Assembly (NCBI GenBank): GCA_963793105.1
Contig: CAWBZB010000003.1
Span: 453,155-517,154, forward strand
DNA from: an uncultured bacterium
GTDB lineage: Bacteria; Actinomycetota; Actinomycetes; S36-B12
Reading direction: 5' to 3'
Length of the DNA: 64,000 nucleotides
In this document: piece after piece, positions 56,126 through 64,000 of the stretch
How positions within the stretch are numbered: position 1 is the stretch's first letter
Layout: each line of letters opens with the position of its first letter
Position numbers and translations under genes: made by a program
Notes under the pieces: generated by a model
Told to the model about the DNA's origin: nothing
The model's database searches: none
Seen by the model: only the letters and a program-made list of their open reading frames with translations

Positions 56126-57730
56126 ATGTCGGGCAGTGCCGTCGAGGAGGCCCCCGTGACCCCGTTCGACGAGATGCTGCTGCCGGACGGCCGCCCCCGC
56201 CCCGTCCATGCGGACATGTTCGAGACCCTGACGTCGCTCGGGTCTGAAGGCCTCTCCGAGCGCGCCCGGCAGCGGGATGCCTACCTCGACAGACACGGCA
56301 TCACCTTCACCCTGGGCGAGCGTGAGCGCCCACTGCCCATGGACCTCGTGCCGCGCCTGCTGACGGGCGAGGAGTGGGCGCATATCGAGGCAGGGGTGAT
56401 CCAGCGCCTGCACGCATTGGAGGCCTTCCTCTCCGACGTCTACGGCCCCGGCGACGTCCTCAGCGCCGGCATCATTCCTCGCAGCCTCGTCACCACGTCG
56501 ACCCACTTCCACCGGCAGGCCTGGGGCATCCAGACGCCCAACCAGGTGCGCATCCACGTGTCGGGGATCGACCTCATCCGCGACGAGGCCGGCGAGTTCC
56601 GGGTCCTGGAGGACAACCTCCGCAATCCGTCGGGGGTCTCGTATGTGATCGAGAATCGACGGACCCTCGCGCACGTTCTGCCGGAGGTCTTCACGCATCA
56701 CCGCGTGCGCTCCGTCAACGAGTACCCGGAGCGACTGCTCGAGGCGCTCCTTGCTGCGGCGCCTCGAGAGGTCCGTGACCCGAGCGTCGTGGTGCTGACG
56801 CCCGGAGTGCACAACTCCGCGCACTACGAGCACGCGTTCCTCGCTCGGCACATGGGTGTCGAGCTCGTCGAGGGCCGCGATCTCTACTGCCGTGACAACA
56901 ACGTGTGGATGCGCACGACCTCCGGGCCCGAGCCGGTCCACGTGATCTACCGACGGATCGACGACGACTTCCTGGACCCCGTTCACCTTCGGCCCGACAG
57001 CGTTCTCGGCATCCCGGGGATCGTGAATGCCGCGCGGGCCGGACGAGTCACCATCGCCAACGCGATCGGCAACGGAGTGGCCGACGACAAGGCCGTGTAC
57101 CCATACGTCCCCGCACTCATTCGCCACTACCTGGGCCAGGAGCCCATCCTCCCCAACGTCGACACCTACGACCTGTCCGACCCGGAGCAGCGCGATTGGG
57201 TCCTGGCGCGGCTCGACCGCATGGTGGTGAAGCCGAGCGACGGGTCGGGGGGATACGGGCTGGTGATGGGGCCGTCCGCCTCGGACGAGCAGCTGGCGCA
57301 GGCGGCCGCGGACATCCTCGCCCACCCCCGCGGCTGGATCGCCCAGCCGGTCGTCACGTTCTCCACCTGCCCGACGGTCGTGGAGAACGGCGAGGTCGCG
57401 TCCCGCCATGTCGACCTTCGCCCGTTCGCCGTCAATGACGGCAGGAGCGTCTTCGTCCTTCCCGGCGGGCTCAGCCGGGTGGCCCTGCCCGAAGGCAGCC
57501 TGGTAGTCAACTCAAGCCAGGGAGGGGGGTCGAAGGACACCTGGGTCATCGACGACGGCACCGCAGCCCCCACCTTCGGCCCCATTCGCGACGAGAGGCT
57601 CCCACCCGCTCAGCTCGACTACTCCCCTGAGGTGGAGCGGCGGCACAACGCGCCCGCGGGCCACGACGAGCGCTTGGTCCAGCAGGAGCGTCAGCAGCAG
57701 CAGGGCGAAACGGGGCGGGCGACATGCTGA
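56126..57730 (+). CDS. Circularly permuted type 2 ATP-grasp protein
   Basis: LEDNLRNPSGVSY, HVIYRRIDD, GNGVADDK, HVDLRPF, VNSSQGGGSKDTWV. Confidence 0.92.
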   Translation: MSGSAVEEAPVTPFDEMLLPDGRPRPVHADMFETLTSLGSEGLSERARQRDAYLDRHGITFTLGERERPLPMDLVPRLLTGEEWAHIEAGVIQRLHALEAFLSDVYGPGDVLSAGIIPRSLVTTSTHFHRQAWGIQTPNQVRIHVSGIDLIRDEAGEFRVLEDNLRNPSGVSYVIENRRTLAHVLPEVFTHHRVRSVNEYPERLLEALLAAAPREVRDPSVVVLTPGVHNSAHYEHAFLARHMGVELVEGRDLYCRDNNVWMRTTSGPEPVHVIYRRIDDDFLDPVHLRPDSVLGIPGIVNAARAGRVTIANAIGNGVADDKAVYPYVPALIRHYLGQEPILPNVDTYDLSDPEQRDWVLARLDRMVVKPSDGSGGYGLVMGPSASDEQLAQAAADILAHPRGWIAQPVVTFSTCPTVVENGEVASRHVDLRPFAVNDGRSVFVLPGGLSRVALPEGSLVVNSSQGGGSKDTWVIDDGTAAPTFGPIRDERLPPAQLDYSPEVERRHNAPAGHDERLVQQERQQQQGETGRATC

Positions 57731-58629
57731 GCCGGATCGCGGAATCGTTCTTCTGGCTCGGGCGCTATGTCGAACGCGCCGAAGCCACGGCCCGGCTCCT
57801 GTCCGAGCACCACCAGCTGATGGTCGAGGACCGGTCGGTCCCCGAGGACTATGCCTGCGCGCTGCTCCTGAAGGCCCTGACGATGCCGACCGACTCGGCC
57901 GCGAACGGGCACGACCTGGTGAAGGTGGTCGTCGGGACCGAGCAGGACTCCTCGACGATCGCGGGTGCCGTCGCGGCCGCCCGCACGAACGCCCGCGCGG
58001 TCCGCGACTCCCTGTCGCAGGACACCTTCGAGGCCCTGAACGCCGCGCATCTGGCGCTGTCGCGCGGCATGGCCTTCGCGGCCAGCCCGGGCGTCGCACT
58101 GCACCGGGTGCTCGAGCGGCTGCTGGTCGTCAACGGCATCGTGGACTGGACCATGCCGCGCGACGAGTCCTACCAGTTCATGGTGCTGGGGCGTGAGCTC
58201 GAGCGGATCGACATGGTGGGCCGGCTCCTCAGCATCCGGCTGGGGGAGATGTGGCCCGCCTCCGGGCCCGCGGCGGCTCTGCGCTCGGCGGGCGCCCTGT
58301 CCCCGTACATGCGCACCGGGCGACCCATCAACTCCATCGAGGTGCGCCGTTTCCTCGTCCTCGACCCCACCTTCCCCCGCTCGATGCTGTGCTGCGCCTC
58401 CGACGCCGAGGAGGCCGTCCGGGCCCTGCAGCGACTCGGCGTGAGCGACAGCGGGCCCCTGCTGCGCGAGGTCGGCATGCTCCGCTCCGAGCTGGAGTAC
58501 GCGCGCGTCCCGTCACCGGAGAACGTCGAGCAGTTCATCTCGTACTGCCGGCAGGCGGCCGTCCGGGCATCCGACGAGGTCAACCGGGCCTTCTTCCGCC
58601 AGCACGGCACGGTCGTATGGAGCCATTGA
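57724..58629 (+). CDS. Alpha-E domain protein (DUF403)
   Basis: MLSRIAESFFWLGRYVERAE, LGRELERID, FPRS. Confidence 0.9.
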   Translation: MLSRIAESFFWLGRYVERAEATARLLSEHHQLMVEDRSVPEDYACALLLKALTMPTDSAANGHDLVKVVVGTEQDSSTIAGAVAAARTNARAVRDSLSQDTFEALNAAHLALSRGMAFAASPGVALHRVLERLLVVNGIVDWTMPRDESYQFMVLGRELERIDMVGRLLSIRLGEMWPASGPAAALRSAGALSPYMRTGRPINSIEVRRFLVLDPTFPRSMLCCASDAEEAVRALQRLGVSDSGPLLREVGMLRSELEYARVPSPENVEQFISYCRQAAVRASDEVNRAFFRQHGTVVWSH

Positions 58630-59483
58630 TGACCAGTCCCGGCCGGCGGCTGCACATCGTCCATCGAACCGGCTTCCGGTATGCGGAGGTGGTCGAGGCG
58701 TCGTTCAACGAGGTACGGATGACCCCTCTGACCGAGGACGGCCAGATGCTCCTCAACCACTCCCTCGACGTGCGTCCGGCCGCCCCCGTCCAGTCGTACC
58801 GCGACTACTGGGGTGCCCTCGTCGAGGCCTTCGACGTCCACGTCCCCCATCGCCTGCTCGAGATCGTCGCCACCAGCACGGTGGACACGGCGGTCAGCAC
58901 CCCGCGGACCGCGGGCACGTTCTGGTCGGTGATCCTCGAACCCGCCCACCAGGACAGGTACTCGGAGTTCCTCGTGCCCACCCTCTACGTCGATGATCCG
59001 TCCGTCGACCCGTCGCGGTCGGGCATCGTCGAGGACATGCGCCGCGCCGAGACTCCCTACGATGCCGCGGTCCTGGCCGTCGCGGCCGTCCGCGCCCAGA
59101 TCACGTACACGCCGGGGATCACCGATGTCAGCACCACCGCGGCGCAGGCCTGGGAGTCCCGGCATGGCGTCTGCCAGGACTTCACCCACACGACGCTGGC
59201 GCTGCTGCGCGCCGCCCGCATCCCCGCGCGCTATGTCAGCGGCTACCTCCACACCGAGGAGTCCACGCCCGGCCAGACCGTCGTCGGGGAGTCACATGCC
59301 TGGGTGGAGTACTGGGACGACGGGTGGCGAGCGGTCGACCCGACGAACGACCGCTCGGTCGGGTCCGCGCATGTGATCGTGGCCCGCGGACGCGACTACG
59401 CGGACGTGCCGCCGCTCAACGGGATCTACGCCGGCGGGCAGAGCGAGGCGCTCGGGGTGACCGTGGAGATCACACAACTCTGA
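58629..59483 (+). CDS. Transglutaminase-family protein
   Basis: GVCQDFTH, ARYVSGY, SHAWVE, DPTN, GRDYADVPP (Cys-His-Asp triad). Confidence 0.92.
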   Translation: MTSPGRRLHIVHRTGFRYAEVVEASFNEVRMTPLTEDGQMLLNHSLDVRPAAPVQSYRDYWGALVEAFDVHVPHRLLEIVATSTVDTAVSTPRTAGTFWSVILEPAHQDRYSEFLVPTLYVDDPSVDPSRSGIVEDMRRAETPYDAAVLAVAAVRAQITYTPGITDVSTTAAQAWESRHGVCQDFTHTTLALLRAARIPARYVSGYLHTEESTPGQTVVGESHAWVEYWDDGWRAVDPTNDRSVGSAHVIVARGRDYADVPPLNGIYAGGQSEALGVTVEITQL

Positions 59484-59526
59484 GCCGTGGGTTATCGTCG
59501 TTGCATCCCCACGCACTAGGAGTTTC

Positions 59527-60408
59527 ATGTTCGCCCTTCGCGCAGGCATCACGGCTGCGGCCGCTTCCATCGTCGTCCTCGGAGGGCTCGTGGCGCCCGC
59601 ACCAGCCGCCGCAGCGGCCGAGGTCGGGTCCTGCTACGCCTACAAGTCGCCCACGCTCAAGGCAGACTCGTCGACAGCGCCGGTAGTGGACTGCAACGCC
59701 CGCCACACGGCGGAGACGTTCTTCGTCGGCACCGTCTCGAACTCCTTCGGTCCGCCCTCGAAGGCATCCAAGGCGAAGAAACTCGCAGCCGGAGGTCCCT
59801 GCACCGTCAGCGCCATGAACGCCTACCTCGGCATGCCCGACCGCAGCCTCCCCAGCCGATTCCTCACCGTCGTTCTCTTCCCGACGGACGAAGAGTGGGC
59901 CGCGGGCGAGCGCTGGGTGCGGTGCGACGTCGTTCTCCAGGGCGGACTCCAGCTGAAGGCCTTCACGGGCACGGCATCAGCTCTTGTGGCGGCCACGCCG
60001 CAGGGACAGTTCAACTTCTGCACGCCGCGCGAGCCCAATGCGCGGAAGACGGCCGCCTACCCGTGCACCAAGCCGAAGAAGAACTGGATCAAGGTCCTGG
60101 ACAAGGAGCTCGGCGGTCCCGGTTCAAAGTTCCCCGGCACGAGCACGGTCGAGCGGAAGACCCGCAAGCTCTGCGAGAAGCAGGGCAAGAAGTGGGACGG
60201 CAAGGAGAAGTACGCCGGATGGTGGGCGATCTGGCCGACATCGGTCGGATGGAAGGAGGGCAAGCGGTCGGCCCAGTGCTTCGTCCCGTATGGCCAGTAC
60301 CTGAAGGAGGTCGCGCTGCAGTCCCGGCCGGCGCCTGCCCCGGCGCCTGCGCCAGCGCCGGAGCCCACGGCGCCGGTAGAGCCACCCACCGACGCACCGG
60401 TGGCCTGA
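59527..60408 (+). CDS. Secreted septum-formation-family-like protein
   Basis: Signal peptide ending AAAA-E; VDCNARHTAET and PTDEEWAAGERWVRC, echoed as PTSVGWKEGKRSAQC; Pro-Ala tail. Confidence 0.7.
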   Translation: MFALRAGITAAAASIVVLGGLVAPAPAAAAAEVGSCYAYKSPTLKADSSTAPVVDCNARHTAETFFVGTVSNSFGPPSKASKAKKLAAGGPCTVSAMNAYLGMPDRSLPSRFLTVVLFPTDEEWAAGERWVRCDVVLQGGLQLKAFTGTASALVAATPQGQFNFCTPREPNARKTAAYPCTKPKKNWIKVLDKELGGPGSKFPGTSTVERKTRKLCEKQGKKWDGKEKYAGWWAIWPTSVGWKEGKRSAQCFVPYGQYLKEVALQSRPAPAPAPAPAPEPTAPVEPPTDAPVA

Positions 60409-60431
60409 CGGCCGGTCTACCGGGGCCGGCG

Positions 60432-61670
60432 TCAGTCGATGACCGTGCGGCGCGGGCCGACACCCCACGCCACGTAGTTCCAGAACCAGTCAGCGATGAC
60501 GCTCACCCGATGACGTCCGCCGGCGAGGTAGAAGATGTGCAGCCCGAGCCACGACAGCCAGGCAGGCGTGCCGTGGAGCTTCATGCCGCTCGGCAGCTCG
60601 ACCACGGCGCGCCGACGCCCGATCGTCGCCATCTGCCCCTTGTCCTTGTAGACGAAGGGTGACAGCGCCTCATTCCTCGTACGTCGGGCGATGGCGTCCC
60701 CCACATACCTGCCCATCTGCATGGCCACCGAGGCCACCATCGGCAGCGGCTTGCCGTCCGGGCCGGGACAATGCGCGATATCGCCGATGACCCAGACGTC
60801 GGGCGACAGTTGCAGCGTGGGGGACACCTCGAGCCGATTGGCGCGGTCCGTCACACCGAGGCCACTCCACTCGGCCGGCGCTGCGACGCCGGCGGCCCAG
60901 ACGATCGTGCCGGCGGGCAGCACGTCGCCCGACGTGAGGTGGACGTCCGACGGGTACATGCGATCGACGGCGCTGGCCACCCGCACGCTCACTCCGAGCT
61001 CCTCCAACTCCGCCGCTGCGTGCGCGCTCGACTTCTCCGAGAAGGTGGGAAGCAGGCGAGGACCGGCCTCGACCAGGGTCACCGACGCCAGTTCGTAGAT
61101 CTCCGGGTACTCGTGCCGCATCGCTCGTTGCAGCTCCGCCACCGCCCCGGACACCTCGACTCCCGTCGGTCCGCCCCCGACCACGACGACACGCAGCGCG
61201 TCCTTCGGCAGGCGCCCGAGTTCTACATCCTCGTACGTCTGCAGGAGGCTCTGCTTGATGGCGCGGGCCTCCTGGATGGTCTTCATCTGCAGGGCGTTCT
61301 CGCGGACCCCGGGGATTCCGAAGGTCGTGCCCGTACTGCCGACCGCGAGCACCAGTTCGTCCCACGCGATCACGTGTCCGTCGGCCAGCCGCACGGTCTT
61401 CGCCTCCGTGTTGATGCGGACGACGTCGCCGCGCCTGAAGGTGACCCCCGGCACGGCCGCGCGCACCGGGTAGGCGATGTCGTCCTCCGGCAGGCCGCCG
61501 GTGGCCACCTGGTACAGCAGCGGGGAGAAGACCTGGTATGGATTCCGGTCGACCACGGTCACGTCGCATACGTCCTGACGCGCCAGTACGCGGGCGCAGG
61601 CGAGTCCGCCGAAGCCCGCGCCAACAATGACGATCCGTCGTCGGGGAACTGCTGCCACGTCATCCACCAC
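60432..61670 (-). CDS. Type II NADH dehydrogenase-like FAD oxidoreductase
   Basis: GAGFGG, PLLYQVATG, GGGPTGVE, WAAGV, YKDKGQMATIGR. Confidence 0.9.
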   Translation of the reverse strand: MVDDVAAVPRRRIVIVGAGFGGLACARVLARQDVCDVTVVDRNPYQVFSPLLYQVATGGLPEDDIAYPVRAAVPGVTFRRGDVVRINTEAKTVRLADGHVIAWDELVLAVGSTGTTFGIPGVRENALQMKTIQEARAIKQSLLQTYEDVELGRLPKDALRVVVVGGGPTGVEVSGAVAELQRAMRHEYPEIYELASVTLVEAGPRLLPTFSEKSSAHAAAELEELGVSVRVASAVDRMYPSDVHLTSGDVLPAGTIVWAAGVAAPAEWSGLGVTDRANRLEVSPTLQLSPDVWVIGDIAHCPGPDGKPLPMVASVAMQMGRYVGDAIARRTRNEALSPFVYKDKGQMATIGRRRAVVELPSGMKLHGTPAWLSWLGLHIFYLAGGRHRVSVIADWFWNYVAWGVGPRRTVID

Positions 61671-61673
61671 CGG

Positions 61674-62615
61674 TCAGCGAAGCGGGCTTCGCGGCTGGTC
61701 CTCCGGATACATCGACTCGTCGGCCGACCTCGTGCCGTCGAGGCGGCGGCGCTGCTCCTCGCTCAACCGGAGCCCGGCGGACCTGACGATGGAATCGACG
61801 GTCGCGGGTCTGGTCGCTCCCGGGATGGGGATCACGATGGGAGTCAGGCCCAGCAGCCAGGCGAGCACCGTCTCCTGGGCTGATGCCTCGAGCTCGTCAC
61901 CGACGGCGGCGAACTCGGCATAGTGCGAGCCGACCTCGTGCGCCTGCCCTGCTCCGCCGAGCGGCGACCACGGGAGGAACGCGATGCCCAGCTCCGTGCA
62001 GCGGTCCAGGACGTCTGCGTCTCCGCGGTAGCGCGGCGAGAACTCGTTCTGAACGGACACGACGCCGCCCTCCGTCGGACCTCCGACGACCTCGAGGGCG
62101 ACCTCCAGTTCCGCCAGGTTCACGTTCGAGAGCCCCAGCCGCCTGACCAGTCCTGCATCCACCAGCGAGGCAAGGGTGCGCATCTGGTCCGCATACGCAA
62201 GATCTGGGTCATGCCGGTGGTGCTGGTACAGGTCGATCGAATCCACGTCCAGTCGGGCGAGGCTGGCCTCGCACGCCCGACGCAGACCGTCGTCACTGGA
62301 GTCCCGCCCCCACGACTCCCCCGGCCCGCGCACGATCCCGCCCTTCGTGGTGACCAGCACGAGGTCCAGATCGGCGGGCCCGGAGTAGGAGCGCAGGGCC
62401 TCACCGATCAGCATCTCGTTGTGTCCGACGGTGTCCCACGATGGTGCGTAGATGTCGGACGTGTCCAGCAGCGTGATGCCCGCGTCCAGGGCCTGATGGA
62501 TCGTGGCCAGGGCGCGATCCCGGTCATCGAGCATGCCCTCGAAGGACAGCGGCATGCAGCCCAGACCCACGGCCGAGACGGACAGGTCACCGATGGTCCG
62601 GGTCGGCAGGGTCAT
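61674..62615 (-). CDS. Aldo/keto reductase
   Basis: GLGCMP, LDTSDIY, TKGG, IDLYQHH, GLSNV, SVQNEFS, PWSPLGG, PIPG. Confidence 0.92.
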   Translation of the reverse strand: MTLPTRTIGDLSVSAVGLGCMPLSFEGMLDDRDRALATIHQALDAGITLLDTSDIYAPSWDTVGHNEMLIGEALRSYSGPADLDLVLVTTKGGIVRGPGESWGRDSSDDGLRRACEASLARLDVDSIDLYQHHRHDPDLAYADQMRTLASLVDAGLVRRLGLSNVNLAELEVALEVVGGPTEGGVVSVQNEFSPRYRGDADVLDRCTELGIAFLPWSPLGGAGQAHEVGSHYAEFAAVGDELEASAQETVLAWLLGLTPIVIPIPGATRPATVDSIVRSAGLRLSEEQRRRLDGTRSADESMYPEDQPRSPLR

Positions 62616-62664
62616 TCCGGGATCCTAGTGAGACGACGCACCGACGGGATGGGACCGCGCATCG

Positions 62665-64000
62665 CTAGGTGACCAGGTCCAGCCACTGGTCCTCAAGCGC
62701 GGCGCGCTCCCTCTCGGCCTCCCGCAGCTCCTCGTGCAGCGCAGTGACCATCTCGAAGTCGGTGGCATGGGTAGCGAGCCGGTCGTGAAGTCTCACCTCC
62801 GTCGCCTTCAGCTTCTCGATCTGCCGCTCCAGTCGTGCCATCGCCTTCTGCGCGTCTCGATCCCGCGCCGAGACCGATTGCCCCGTCGTCGCCAGGGTGG
62901 CCGGCATCGCGGCTGGTGCCTGCAACTCGCGCCGGCGGATGAGGTACTCCTCCACCCCCCCGGTGAGCGGCCGCGCGGAGCCGTCGCCCAGAAGCGCGAC
63001 GAAGTCGTCGCACACGCGCTCGAGGAAGTAGCGGTCATGCGACACGATCACCAGGGTCCCGGCGAAACCATCGAGGAGGTCCTCGAGGGCGCCCAGCGTC
63101 TCCACATCGAAATCGTTCGTCGGCTCGTCGAGGACCAGGAGATTGGGCGCACCCATGAGCAGCCTGGTGAGCTGCAGCCGCCGTCGCTCGCCGCCGGACA
63201 GGTCGCCCACCGGCGTCCACTGACCGTCGGCGTCGAAGCCGAGCCGCTCGCACAACTGCGACGCGGTGAGCTCACGGCCCTTGCCCAGGTCGACCCGCTG
63301 CGCGACGTGTTCCACCGACTCCAGTACCCGCCAGGTCGGATCGAGCTCCTCCAGATGCTGCGAGAGGTAGGCCGGCTTGACGGTCACGCCCGTGACGACG
63401 CGTCCCTGCGTCGGCCGGACCTCGCCGAGGATCATGCGCATCAGCGATGTCTTCCCTGCCCCGTTCGGCCCCAGGATCCCGATGCGCTGCCCCGGCCCGA
63501 TGTTCCACGTCAGGTGGTCGAAGAGGCGCTTTGTCCCCATCGTCAGGGACGTGTCATGCAGTTCCACCACCGTCTTGCCCAGGCGCGCGTCGGCGAAGGA
63601 CAGGAGTTCGACGGAGTCCCGAGGGGGCGGCTCGCTGCCGATGAGCGCGTTCGCGGCGTCGATCCGGAACTTCGGCTTGGACGTGCGGGCGGGGGGTCCG
63701 CGGCGCAACCAGGCGAGTTCCTTGCGCAGGAGGTTGTTGCGTCGGGCTTCCGCGGCGGCCCCCTGCCGGATCCGCTCGGCCTTGGCGAGGATGTATGCCG
63801 AGTAGCCGCCTTCGTACTCCTCGACGCGGCCGCCCACGACCTCCCACGTTCGGTCGCACACCTCATCGAGAAACCACCGGTCGTGCGTGACCACGATGAC
63901 CGCCAGTCCCGAGCGTGCCTTCAGGTGCTCCGCGAGCCAGGCCACGATCTCCACGTCGAGGTGGTTCGTGGGCTCGTCCAGCAGCAGGAGGTCCAGGTCC
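62665..64000 (-). CDS. ABC-F family ATP-binding protein (Uup-like), 5' end outside window
   Basis: LLDEPTNHLD at the window edge, THDRWFL, GPNGAGKT, LSGGERRR, DEPTND, C-terminal coiled coil. Confidence 0.92.
   Translation of the reverse strand, partial: DLDLLLLDEPTNHLDVEIVAWLAEHLKARSGLAVIVVTHDRWFLDEVCDRTWEVVGGRVEEYEGGYSAYILAKAERIRQGAAAEARRNNLLRKELAWLRRGPPARTSKPKFRIDAANALIGSEPPPRDSVELLSFADARLGKTVVELHDTSLTMGTKRLFDHLTWNIGPGQRIGILGPNGAGKTSLMRMILGEVRPTQGRVVTGVTVKPAYLSQHLEELDPTWRVLESVEHVAQRVDLGKGRELTASQLCERLGFDADGQWTPVGDLSGGERRRLQLTRLLMGAPNLLVLDEPTNDFDVETLGALEDLLDGFAGTLVIVSHDRYFLERVCDDFVALLGDGSARPLTGGVEEYLIRRRELQAPAAMPATLATTGQSVSARDRDAQKAMARLERQIEKLKATEVRLHDRLATHATDFEMVTALHEELREAERERAALEDQWLDLVT

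Overview
High-GC actinobacterial chromosomal window, mostly conserved core genes in an order resembling the Mycobacterium Rv3649-Rv3683 / Streptomyces bldG-wblA region. In order: partial P1B-type ATPase, bldG-like anti-anti-sigma, DUF1998 helicase, Tad/Flp pilus operon with ssd, HAD hydrolase, acs, nhaA, marP, nth, crp, ArsA pair, whiB4/wblA, ponA, tRNA-Pro, asd/ask, recR/dnaX, SRP RNA, two tRNA-Ser, ppc, DEAD-box helicase, tadA, upp, pntAB, a CP-ATP-grasp/alpha-E/transglutaminase operon and a partial ABC-F gene. Accessory inserts include an AbiEi/DUF559-like nuclease gene, an H-NOX fragment, a TetR/MFS pair and an ACC deaminase. The most notable signal is the AbiEi-N + DUF559-like gene bracketed by two same-orientation ~66-nt hairpins with compensatory base changes, lying between two normally adjacent convergent genes. 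A second, orphan 64-nt hairpin family of similar architecture occurs at two other convergent junctions. Together these suggest a REP/MITE-like element with a candidate non-HUH mobilising nuclease (inference). Five conserved genes carry single-base insertions (six events), most likely sequencing errors. No CRISPR array, integrase, transposase or prophage was seen. Product calls come from motif recognition and recalled synteny; no database searches were run.
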